Of a DNA stretch of 64,000 nucleotides, positions 7,106 through 15,899 are shown piece after piece. Numbering within the stretch: position 1 is the first letter of the stretch; every line of letters begins with the position of its first letter. Under the pieces are notes generated by a model. The model ran no database searches. It was not told where the DNA came from and saw only the letters and a program-made list of their open reading frames with translations. The position numbers were made by a program, and so were the translations under genes. Source of the DNA: an uncultured Gammaproteobacteria bacterium (GTDB taxonomy: Bacteria; Patescibacteriota; Patescibacteriia; Patescibacteriales; WJLG01); the NCBI GenBank assembly GCA_964395625.1, contig CAYNAR010000002.1:781-64780 (forward strand), in the 5' to 3' direction.

Positions 7106-9667
7106 ATGAAAAAAGGAGAAAATAAAAAAGAAGTCCCGGCCGAAAATTTATCGGCTTGGGCAATTTTGTCTTCAGAGGCTGTCTTGAAAAAAGCCAAGGT
7201 GGATAGCGATGGAATTAAGGATGTCGAAGCTCATCGTCGCTTGAGGCAGTATGGGTATAATATTTCCGAGAAAGAGGAAAAGCTTGGCGTCGTAAAGGAG
7301 TTGCTCTCTAAATTCAAAAGTCCATTGATAATCCTTTTGATTTTCGCCGCTGTTGTAGAAGCTTATTTCGGCGAGTTGGTGAACGCCTGGATAATCACCG
7401 TCATGGTCTTTTTGTCCGCCGTTTTGGATTTTGTCGAGGAGCATAACGCCGGTAAGGCGGCGAAGAAGCTTCTTGAGCAGGTCAGATCAACGGCCGTCGT
7501 GCGTCGCGGAGGAAAGGAGAAAGAGATAGATTCCTCTTCTGTAACCATCGGAGATATTCTAATCCTCAACTCCGGCGACCTCGTGCCGGCTGACGCTAGA
7601 ATAATCAAAGCCAATGACTTCTTTGTTAATCAATCTTCTTTAACCGGCGAATCGCAACATTGCGAGAAGACATCAGAAAAGATCTCTTCTGGCGAGAAAT
7701 CTTTACCAGAATATATCAATTTCGTCTTTTCCGGAACTAACGTAGTCTCCGGCTCGGCTGAAGCCGTCGTCGTCAGGACAGGTAGCAACACCGAATTTGG
7801 TAAGATCGCCAAGACTCTTATTAGACCGGCGGCTAAGTCGGAGTTCGAGATGGGTATAACCGGTTTCGGCATATTAGTCATGAAGGTAATGTTCGTCTTG
7901 GTGTTGTTTATTTTTTTGTTTAATTCTGTTGTGGAGCGTAAGGTTTTAGAGTCGTTTTTGTTCGCCGTTGCGATAGCCGTCGGTGTGACGCCGGAGCTTT
8001 TGCCGATGATTATGTCGATCACTATGGCGAGAGGAGCTATTAGTATGTCTAAGAAGGGGGCTATCGTTAAAAAGTTGTCGGCGATACCGAATTTTGGCGG
8101 ATTGGATATACTTTGCACCGATAAGACAGGGACGCTTACAGAAGGTAAAATCGCCTTAGTGAGTAATGTCGATCTTTTTGGCAATACTTCGGACGAGGTT
8201 TTGAAACTAGCCTATTTCAATAGTTATTTCCAGACCGGTATCGAGAATCCTTTGGATGAGGCTGTTCTTAATTATCGGGATATCTGCGTGGAGCAGGCTA
8301 AGAAGATAGATGAGATACCTTTCGATTTCACTCGTAAGCGTCTAAGTGTCATAGTCGAGACTTGCGGTGAGAAATTATTGGTGGTTAAAGGCGCTCCTGA
8401 GGAGATTTTTAGCTGTTCTACATCTTATTGCTCAAAAGGGGAGATAATCCAATTCGATGACGAAACGAGACAGCGCGCTTGGCGCGTCTATCGAGATCTT
8501 TCCAGCGATGGTTTTAGAGTCTTGGCCCTAGCTACCAAGAAAATAGATGCCAACAAGAACGTCTTCGCCAAGGAAGATGAAAGTGATCTAGCCATTTGCG
8601 GTTTCATAGGATTCTTGGATCCGCCGAAGCAGGGCGTTAAGGAGGCTATACAAAGCTTGGAGGACTCTGGTATCGAGGTTAAGATAATAACCGGAGATAA
8701 CGAATTGGTAGCTCAAAAGATATGCGCCGGAATAGAACTTCCCGTGAAAGGAATTCTTTTGGGTGGAGACATGGATCGTCTGTCTGATGAGGCTTTAAAT
8801 AGAAGAGTGGAGACGACCACTATTTTTGCCAGATTTTCTCCCGAACAGAAGAATCGTATTATCCTAGCTTTAAAAGCCAACCATCACGTGGTTGGTTATA
8901 TGGGTGACGGCATCAATGATGCGCCTTCTCTTAAGACCGCCGATGTAGGAATTTCCGTCAATAACGCCGTCGATGTCGCCAAAGAGTCGGCCGATATAAT
9001 ATTGACCAAAAAGAATTTGGGGATTTTGGTCGATGGTGTGGTCGAGGGGCGCAAGGTTTTCGCCAATACGATGAAATACATCCAGATGGGTTTGTCGTCT
9101 AATTTCGGAAACATGTTCTCCGCTGCCGGTGCCGTCGTATTTTTGCCTTTTTTTCCGATGCTTCCTTTACAGATACTTTTGAATAATTTCATTTATGATT
9201 TGTCGCAGGTAACGATTCCGATAGATAATGTTGATAAGGAAATGACACAAGGGCCGAGACGTTGGAATATGAAGTTCGTCAAGAATTACATGATAACATT
9301 CGGGTTGATTAGTTCGCTATTCGATTTCTTGACTTTTTTCGTCTTGTTTTCGGTGTTTAAATTGCAAGAGAGTGCTTTTCAGACAGGATGGTTTTTGGAG
9401 TCGTTGGCTACGCAGATATTGGTCATTCATATTATACGCACGAGAAAAATACCGTTCATCGAAAGTCGTCCGCATATCCTTTTATTGCTTAGCACCGTTA
9501 CGATGTTGATATTCAGTTGGATGATACCTTATACTCCGATAGCCGCGTTCTTTGGTCTGCAACCTTTGCCACCGCTCGTCCTTTTGGCGATTTCCGGAAT
9601 AGTCGTGATGTATTTGATGGTTGTAGAGATAGGCAAGCGTTGTTTCTATAGGTTCAATAAGATTTAG
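7106..9667 (+). CDS. mgtA: magnesium-translocating P-type ATPase
   Basis: 853 aa. DKTGTLT, TGDN, MGDGINDAPSLKTADVGISV and a C-terminal LLNNFIYDLSQ typical of MgtA-type pumps. Confidence 0.9.
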   Translation: MKKGENKKEVPAENLSAWAILSSEAVLKKAKVDSDGIKDVEAHRRLRQYGYNISEKEEKLGVVKELLSKFKSPLIILLIFAAVVEAYFGELVNAWIITVMVFLSAVLDFVEEHNAGKAAKKLLEQVRSTAVVRRGGKEKEIDSSSVTIGDILILNSGDLVPADARIIKANDFFVNQSSLTGESQHCEKTSEKISSGEKSLPEYINFVFSGTNVVSGSAEAVVVRTGSNTEFGKIAKTLIRPAAKSEFEMGITGFGILVMKVMFVLVLFIFLFNSVVERKVLESFLFAVAIAVGVTPELLPMIMSITMARGAISMSKKGAIVKKLSAIPNFGGLDILCTDKTGTLTEGKIALVSNVDLFGNTSDEVLKLAYFNSYFQTGIENPLDEAVLNYRDICVEQAKKIDEIPFDFTRKRLSVIVETCGEKLLVVKGAPEEIFSCSTSYCSKGEIIQFDDETRQRAWRVYRDLSSDGFRVLALATKKIDANKNVFAKEDESDLAICGFIGFLDPPKQGVKEAIQSLEDSGIEVKIITGDNELVAQKICAGIELPVKGILLGGDMDRLSDEALNRRVETTTIFARFSPEQKNRIILALKANHHVVGYMGDGINDAPSLKTADVGISVNNAVDVAKESADIILTKKNLGILVDGVVEGRKVFANTMKYIQMGLSSNFGNMFSAAGAVVFLPFFPMLPLQILLNNFIYDLSQVTIPIDNVDKEMTQGPRRWNMKFVKNYMITFGLISSLFDFLTFFVLFSVFKLQESAFQTGWFLESLATQILVIHIIRTRKIPFIESRPHILLLLSTVTMLIFSWMIPYTPIAAFFGLQPLPPLVLLAISGIVVMYLMVVEIGKRCFYRFNKI

Positions 9668-9677
9668 AAATAAAATA

Positions 9678-9699
9678 CCCGGCCTTTTAAAAGACCGGG
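9678..9699. terminator. bidirectional terminator hairpin between convergent genes
   Basis: Near-palindrome CCCGGCCTTTT/AAAAGACCGGG flanked by an A-run (9668-9677) and a T-run (9702-9708). Confidence 0.6.
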
Positions 9700-9706
9700 C
9701 GTTTTT

Positions 9707-10087
9707 TTATTTTTCAATAATTTCATCACGATATACTTCTATCACTTTGGAAGCTGAGCATGAATAGCCGTTTCCTTCGGCTTCTTTTCTCCAGCTGAAG
9801 TAAAGTTCTGGGAGGCTATTTTTTTCTTCGTTCTTTTCATGGCGAAGAAAGTATCTTTTGTTTTCTTTGCAGTAACACCCTTCGGTTATATGGAATTCTC
9901 CTGTTAATTCGTATTTTTTGAAGACATAGGCGATTAATCCATCTTCTCCGATATCTGATAAAAGCGAATTAGCCGGTGCTGTTATAAGCATATAGCCGTC
10001 AGCAGTTTTGGCGAAAAATATTACTTTTTCGTCTTTATCGCAGGTTACTTTTGGAATTTCGTCGCCCTTTTTTTCGATTACTACCAT
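9707..10087 (-). CDS. hypothetical protein (orphan)
   Basis: Track ORF trimmed to ATG 10087 (MVVIEKKGDEIPKV...), which is preceded by AGGAGGA. This is the only credible minus-strand gene in the window. Confidence 0.5.
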   Translation of the reverse strand: MVVIEKKGDEIPKVTCDKDEKVIFFAKTADGYMLITAPANSLLSDIGEDGLIAYVFKKYELTGEFHITEGCYCKENKRYFLRHEKNEEKNSLPELYFSWRKEAEGNGYSCSASKVIEVYRDEIIEK

Positions 10088-10316
10088 TTTTCCTCCTGAG
10101 CTCGTGTGGTTAAAGAACATTTTTATTGTTGATATTATAATATTTAAAATTAAAAAAGTCAAGATTAGCTTAAAAATGCGTTTTTCCTCTTGCTTTTTGA
10201 GTGACTTGGGAGTATTATTAACAATTCAAGGGGTATTATCATTTTTGATACCTTTTTGTTTTATATAAAACATTGCCATTGTCAACTTTCGCTTGTCAAT
10301 CGGCAAAATAATACCT

Positions 10317-12524
10317 ATGTCCGATAACATTTTAAAGAAAATCGTCAATCCGTCTGGACGCGGTCGCTTGTGGCAGGTCGTCGTCTTGGTGATCGTTTTG
10401 GCGTCGGCCGCTTTCTTGATCGATGGCGGTAGCTATTACAATCGCGGAGTCGATTGGCTTTCCGCTAAGACCAACGGCTTCGCTCAATTGCCGAAGGCTA
10501 GTGAGAAGAATTTTCGTCTCGGTTTGGATTTACAGGGTGGAACGCATCTGGTCTATAAGGCCGATACGTCACAGGTTCCTGCCGGAGGTGAGGCTGATGC
10601 AGCCGAGGGTGTTCGCGACGTCATAGAAAAGAGAGTTAATGCTTATGGCGTGGCCGAACCTTTGGTTCAGGTCAATAAAGCCGGAGCCGATGACTATCGT
10701 GTAATCGTCGAATTGGCTGGCGTGAAAGATGTCGACGAGGCCATTAAAATGATCGGTGAGACTCCGATTTTGGAATTTAAGGAGCAAGTTTTCGGTCGTG
10801 AATTGACTGACGACGAACAAACTAAGATAAACGATGCCAATATCGCAGCCGAGAAGAAGGCCGAGGAGGTCCTTGGCAAGGTTCTGTCTCGTGGTGATTT
10901 CAATAAGTTAGCTAAAGAATATAACGAGAAAGGCACCTCTACCGCCGATGGTGTTTGGGTGGACTTGGAGAGCGATCCTGAATTGGCCGCCGCCTTGGCA
11001 AAGGTCAAGATTAACGGTGCCACTGATGTTGTCGAGACGGACGATGCTTATGTCGTTGCTAAATTGTTAGAAAAGAAGGTCGCTAAGAATTCTTTGACTG
11101 GTGAGGAGAAGAAACAGATTAAAGCTAGCCACATTTTGATTTGCTATCAGGGCGCGGAGTCTTGCAATAGCAGTACCACCAAGGAAGAGGCTTATGGCAA
11201 GATAAAGGAACTTAAGGAAAAAGCCACTAAAGATAATTTCGCCAAACTAGCTAGAGAGAATTCCACTGAACCAGGTGCCGATCAAACCGGCGGAGCTCTT
11301 GGTTGGTTCAGCAAGGGGATGATGGTTAAGCCTTTTGAGGATGCCGTCTTCTCTCAAAAGACAGGAACCGTCTCCTATGTCGTAGAGACAAAATTCGGCT
11401 ATCATTTGATACTCAAGGAGGATGAGAGAATTTTGGACAATTATCGCGTCCAAGAGATAGCCATCGCTAAGGTTAAGAAAGAAGAGTTTACTGGCACGGA
11501 CGAGAATTGGGTTGCCACTAAGTTGACCGGAAAATATCTCAAGCGTTCCAGTGTCGAGTACAGTGGACAGACCATGATGCCGGAAGTCGCTTTGGAATTC
11601 GATAGCGAGGGGGCTAAATTGTTCGAAGAGCTGACTGGAAGGAATATCGGCAAGCCTATTGCTATATTTTTGGACGGAGATGTCATTAGCGCTCCGACCG
11701 TTAATCAGAAGATTACTGGCGGCAGTGCTGTCATCTCTGGAAAGTTCAACATCATCGAGGCTAGGGATCTTTCTCGCCGTTTGAACTCCGGTGCTTTGCC
11801 TGTGCCGATAACATTGGTCAGTCAGCAGACCGTCGGCGCTTCGTTAGGTAAAGTTTCGATTAACCAGTCTTTGCAGGCGGCTTTGTGGGGTATTTTGTTG
11901 GTCGCCGCTTTCATGATAATTTTCTATAGATTGCCAGGCGTAGCGTCTGTCATCGCTTTATCCGTCTATAGTTTGATTCTTTTGGCTTTCTTCAAGTGTT
12001 GGGGTGTCGCCGTGGCTGCAGCTATAATCGCCATTATAGCCTATACAAAGCCTAAGGGGCCAGCTCTCGGTATTTCATTGGTCGCTTTATTAGCTTGGAT
12101 TGTGTTGATGATGAGTAACTCCTTCTTCTGGAGTTGGCCGATCACTTTGACTTTGCCGGGTATCGCCGGTTTGATTTTATCCGTCGGTATGGCCGTCGAT
12201 GCCAATATATTGATTTTTGAGCGCTATAAGGAGGAGATGCGAGCCGGTCGCGATAACGACAAAGCTATTGATATCGGATTCAAGCGCGCATGGCCTTCGA
12301 TTTTCGATGGTCATATGTCGACCGTATTGACTTGCGTCATTTTGTATTCCTTCTCCACAGGAATGGTCAAAGGTTTTGCCGTTTCCTTGCTTTTGGGTGT
12401 CTTGGCTTCGCTTTTTACCGCCGTTACGGTCACTAGAATAGTGTTGGAGGTGTTTCCGGAAAAATTATTCAATAATTCTTTCTTGGCCGGAGTAAAAAAA
12501 GGCGGAGAGCATAAAAAATCCTAA
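10317..12524 (+). CDS. secD: protein translocase subunit SecD carrying an inserted tandem parvulin-type PPIase module
   Basis: LGLDLQGGTHLVY, ...GALPVPI..., and LPGIAGLILSVGMAVDANILIFER are SecD hallmarks. An internal ASHILI...GGALGWFSKGMMVKPFEDAVF...KFGYHLILK is a canonical parvulin. The start was moved to ATG 10317. Confidence 0.9.
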   Translation: MSDNILKKIVNPSGRGRLWQVVVLVIVLASAAFLIDGGSYYNRGVDWLSAKTNGFAQLPKASEKNFRLGLDLQGGTHLVYKADTSQVPAGGEADAAEGVRDVIEKRVNAYGVAEPLVQVNKAGADDYRVIVELAGVKDVDEAIKMIGETPILEFKEQVFGRELTDDEQTKINDANIAAEKKAEEVLGKVLSRGDFNKLAKEYNEKGTSTADGVWVDLESDPELAAALAKVKINGATDVVETDDAYVVAKLLEKKVAKNSLTGEEKKQIKASHILICYQGAESCNSSTTKEEAYGKIKELKEKATKDNFAKLARENSTEPGADQTGGALGWFSKGMMVKPFEDAVFSQKTGTVSYVVETKFGYHLILKEDERILDNYRVQEIAIAKVKKEEFTGTDENWVATKLTGKYLKRSSVEYSGQTMMPEVALEFDSEGAKLFEELTGRNIGKPIAIFLDGDVISAPTVNQKITGGSAVISGKFNIIEARDLSRRLNSGALPVPITLVSQQTVGASLGKVSINQSLQAALWGILLVAAFMIIFYRLPGVASVIALSVYSLILLAFFKCWGVAVAAAIIAIIAYTKPKGPALGISLVALLAWIVLMMSNSFFWSWPITLTLPGIAGLILSVGMAVDANILIFERYKEEMRAGRDNDKAIDIGFKRAWPSIFDGHMSTVLTCVILYSFSTGMVKGFAVSLLLGVLASLFTAVTVTRIVLEVFPEKLFNNSFLAGVKKGGEHKKS

Positions 12525-12538
12525 TTATTTATAAAAAT

Positions 12539-13411
12539 ATGCTCAAAATAGTTCAAAAGAAAAAAATATGGTTCGCGGTGGCCGCTATTTTGGTTGTCAC
12601 TTCACTCTTTGCTCTGTTCTCTTGGAAATTGAAGTTCGGTCTCGACTTCACCGGAGGTAGTTTGTTGGAGTTGAATTTTGCCGGAGATCGTCCCCCTGTC
12701 GCCGAGATGCAGGACAAAATGGCTGATTTGAATCTTGGTAATTTAGTGGCTCAGCCCATTGGAGACAATGGTGTAATATTGAGATTCCAGAACACCGATG
12801 CCGATATTCATGACAAAATTTTAGCTAAATTCTCAACTTCTACCGAAGAATTAAGATTCGATTCCGTTGGTCCTTCCATCGGTAACGAATTGAAGAAGAA
12901 GACTTTTTCAGCCTTGTTTATAGCCATTATCGGTATTTTGATGTACATAGCTTGGGCTTTCCGCAAGGTGTCTCGTCCTGTGGAGTCTTGGAAATACGGT
13001 TTGGCTTCTATTATTTCTTTGGCTTTCAACGTTTTGGTCGTGCTTGGCGCTTTCGCTTTCCTCGGCAAGTTTAAGGGTGTCGAGATAAATACGCCGTTTA
13101 TAGCCGCTTTATTGACGATTCTCGGTTATACCATCAACGATACTATCGTCGTATTCGATCGCGTCCGTGAGAATTTGCCTAAGAGCGAAGAGGATTTTCA
13201 AGGTACTATCAACACCAGTTTGAATCAGGCTTTGGTTAGATCGTTGAACACCTCCATCACTACCGCTTTGGTATTGGTTTCAGTATTGATATTCGGCGGT
13301 GCGACTATACGCGATTTCGTATTGGCGATGTTAATAGGTGTCGTCGTGGGAACTTGGAGTTCTATCTGTTTAGCCTCACCGGTGCTCATATTGTTCGAAA
13401 AGAAGAAGTAA
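12539..13411 (+). CDS. secF: protein translocase subunit SecF
   Basis: 290 aa. GLDFTGGS, INDTIVVFDRVREN. Follows secD. Confidence 0.9.
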   Translation: MLKIVQKKKIWFAVAAILVVTSLFALFSWKLKFGLDFTGGSLLELNFAGDRPPVAEMQDKMADLNLGNLVAQPIGDNGVILRFQNTDADIHDKILAKFSTSTEELRFDSVGPSIGNELKKKTFSALFIAIIGILMYIAWAFRKVSRPVESWKYGLASIISLAFNVLVVLGAFAFLGKFKGVEINTPFIAALLTILGYTINDTIVVFDRVRENLPKSEEDFQGTINTSLNQALVRSLNTSITTALVLVSVLIFGGATIRDFVLAMLIGVVVGTWSSICLASPVLILFEKKK

Positions 13412-13431
13412 TTAGACGTCTTATATTAAGC

Positions 13432-13467
13432 AAAAATCCGCCACGAAAAAGGCGGGTTTTTGTTTTT
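13432..13467 (+). terminator. intrinsic terminator after secF
   Basis: CCGCC-ACGAAAAA-GGCGG followed by GTTTTTGTTTTT. Confidence 0.6.
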
Positions 13468-13494
13468 GACAAGGACCCTTTTTTGCGGTAATAT
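13466..13494 (+). promoter_or_regulatory. promoter TTGACA-17-TAATAT for mreB
   Basis: The -10 hexamer ends 8 nt before ATG 13503, and there is no SD. Confidence 0.55.
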
Positions 13495-13502
13495 TTATTA
13501 TT

Positions 13503-14546
13503 ATGTTAAATAGGATATTAGGAAAATTCAGTAAGGATTTGGCGGTGGATTTGGGTACTAAAAATACCTTAGTTTTCACTAAAGATAAGGGTATAATCAT
13601 AAACGAACCCTCAGTCGTGGCCGTCAATACTCGCACCGACGAGATCTTGGCCGTTGGCGACGATGCCAAGAAGATGGTCGGCAAGACACCGGCTCATATC
13701 AAGGCAATTAAACCGCTTAACGAAGGCGTTATTTCCGATTTCGAGGTGACCGAGAAGATGCTTAAATATTTCGTCGACAAAATACACAGCGAGAGCTTTA
13801 ATATAGTTCCGCGTCCACGCATGATTATCGGTATACCGATCGAGATAACCGAGGTGGAGAAGAAAGCCGTAGAGGATGCGGCCAAATCAGCCGGAGCTCG
13901 CGAGGTCTTTTTGATCGAAGAGGCGATGGTTGCCGCTATCGGCGCTCGTTTACCCGTTACGGAGGCTGTGGCCAATATGATCGTCGATGTCGGCGGCGGA
14001 ACTACGGAGATAGCCGTGATATCTTTGGGTGGCGTCGTGACTTATAAGTCGCTTCCCGTAGCCGGCAATTCTTTGGATAACGATATCATCGATTATATAC
14101 GCGAGGATTTTAATCTTCTGATAGGCGAGCAGGTCGCCGAAAGCATAAAGACGAAGATAGGTTCGGCTATGGCCGGCAAGGAGTCCATGGAGATGGAGGT
14201 ACGCGGTCGCGACCTTCTGAATGGTTTGCCGAAGGCCGTTATCGTCGACGATGGTCAGATTCGCGAGGCTATCAGTAAATCGCTTAGCAAAATAATCGAG
14301 AATATAAAAATAACCCTCGAAACTACGCCGCCCGAGTTAGTGGCCGATATCTACGAGAACGGCATCAGGCTTTCCGGAGGCGGGGCTTTGCTTAGAGGTT
14401 TCGACAAACAGATATCGCAGGCGACGAAGATTCCCGTCCATTTGGCCGATGATCCTTTGACTTGCGTAGTTCGCGGTTTAGGTGTTTTACTCTCGGATAG
14501 CGAGCTTTTGAAGAGAGTTTTGGCTCCTAACAGTGAGCAGTTATGA
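13503..14546 (+). CDS. mreB: rod shape-determining protein MreB
   Basis: 347 aa. DLGTKNTLV, NEPSVVA, DVGGGTTEIAVISLGG. The stop codon is TGA. Confidence 0.95.
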   Translation: MLNRILGKFSKDLAVDLGTKNTLVFTKDKGIIINEPSVVAVNTRTDEILAVGDDAKKMVGKTPAHIKAIKPLNEGVISDFEVTEKMLKYFVDKIHSESFNIVPRPRMIIGIPIEITEVEKKAVEDAAKSAGAREVFLIEEAMVAAIGARLPVTEAVANMIVDVGGGTTEIAVISLGGVVTYKSLPVAGNSLDNDIIDYIREDFNLLIGEQVAESIKTKIGSAMAGKESMEMEVRGRDLLNGLPKAVIVDDGQIREAISKSLSKIIENIKITLETTPPELVADIYENGIRLSGGGALLRGFDKQISQATKIPVHLADDPLTCVVRGLGVLLSDSELLKRVLAPNSEQL

Positions 14547-14550
14547 TTAA

Positions 14551-15360
14551 ATGAAAAAAATAAATTTAAAATTGTTTTTTTTCTTCGCGGCAACCGTCGG
14601 GTTGCTTGTTTTTTTGCATAATAGCGGGATAATCTCTCCACTCGAGAAAGGGTTGCAGTCATTGCTGAACCCCGTCGCCTCGCGTCTGCATTTTTTCTCC
14701 GGCAAGATAAATATCTTCTACCATGATCAGACGAGAAAAGGTGATTTATCGTCCAGAATAGGTGAATTGGAGGAGGAAGTGGAGAGGCTCGTCGTTCAAA
14801 ACGCTTCGCTCGAGAAGATGGAGGAGGAGAATATAAAACTGCGTCAGTATTTGAATTTTTTTAATGATAATGATGATGTAAAGAGATTGATGGCTAATGT
14901 CGTGGCGCGCGATTTCCTTTCTTCCGACAGCGGTAAGCAGGATTTCATCATCGATCGCGGTAGTGGAGATGGAATTTATCCTGGTTTGGCGGTCGTCGAT
15001 GAAAAAGGAGCGATGGTTGGCAAGGTGTCGTCGGTCGAGGAAAAATCCGCCCGCATCTCCCTTTTGACTAGTGACGATTGTAAGGTCGCCATAACTATCC
15101 TGAATGGTAATAGGACTATAGGCTCGACTGCCGGTAATCTCGGCTTGACCATGAACGTCGAATTTGTCCCTCAATCGGCCGAATTGGAAAAAGGCAATAT
15201 ACTCGTAACTTCCGGTTTGGAGTCGAATATCCCGGCGGGATTGGCGGTTGGTCGTGTCATTTACGTGGACAAGGGCACTAACGAGATATGGCAAAAAGTT
15301 GGAGCCGAGCCGGTAGTGGATTTCGATAAGATTTTTATGGTCGCGGTCATCATGCCTTAA
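14551..15360 (+). CDS. mreC: rod shape-determining protein MreC
   Basis: N-terminal TM segment, a coiled coil, then a beta-rich domain (GDGIYPGLAVVDEKGAMVGKV). Located after mreB. Confidence 0.85.
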   Translation: MKKINLKLFFFFAATVGLLVFLHNSGIISPLEKGLQSLLNPVASRLHFFSGKINIFYHDQTRKGDLSSRIGELEEEVERLVVQNASLEKMEEENIKLRQYLNFFNDNDDVKRLMANVVARDFLSSDSGKQDFIIDRGSGDGIYPGLAVVDEKGAMVGKVSSVEEKSARISLLTSDDCKVAITILNGNRTIGSTAGNLGLTMNVEFVPQSAELEKGNILVTSGLESNIPAGLAVGRVIYVDKGTNEIWQKVGAEPVVDFDKIFMVAVIMP

Positions 15361-15362
15361 TT

Positions 15363-15899
15363 ATGTTCGGTAAGATATTGTTAAAGACGATAATTTTTTC
15401 TATATTGGCCATCGTTCAGATGTCCGTGGTCTTTTATCTTCCTTCTTATTTTTCCAAAATAAATATCCTGCTTGTTTTTCTAGTTTTTTTCTTGGAGGTC
15501 GATAGCAGTATGAAGACTATCTGGTGGTTCTTGGTCGTTGGATTCATCTTTGATTTATATAATTCTCCCATCTTCGGTTTCTGGTTGCTTTTTTGGCCGT
15601 TGATATTTCTCTTCTGCCGATTTTTCTATGTCAATATTTTGACCGATAAATCCTTGTATTCTTTTTTGGGCCTATCTTCGCTAACCTCCATCTTCTACTC
15701 TTTGCTTTTTGCGATTATGTCCTATATGGCAAGCGTCTTCGGTGGCGAAGAGGCGAAGTTGATTTTTGCATCTTTGTCGTTTTGGAGGGATCTGCTTTTG
15801 GGGGTAGTCCTTAATTCGTTGGCCGTTTTTTTCCTTTTCCATCTTACTAATCAGGCTACCAACAGATTGCGTCCGGTATTTATTTTTAGAAAAAGATGA
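15363..15899 (+). CDS. mreD: rod shape-determining protein MreD (by position and multi-TM character)
   Basis: 178-aa polytopic membrane protein between mreC and mrdA. Its end overlaps the next start (ATGA). Confidence 0.6.
   Translation: MFGKILLKTIIFSILAIVQMSVVFYLPSYFSKINILLVFLVFFLEVDSSMKTIWWFLVVGFIFDLYNSPIFGFWLLFWPLIFLFCRFFYVNILTDKSLYSFLGLSSLTSIFYSLLFAIMSYMASVFGGEEAKLIFASLSFWRDLLLGVVLNSLAVFFLFHLTNQATNRLRPVFIFRKR

Noticed and set aside
14544-14546. Possible alternative genetic code (UGA recoding, as in some CPR lineages).
   Set aside because: TGA ends conserved genes at the expected length (mreB at 14544-14546, the L,D-transpeptidase at 6009-6011, the mini-pilin). Conserved proteins translate full-length with the standard code.
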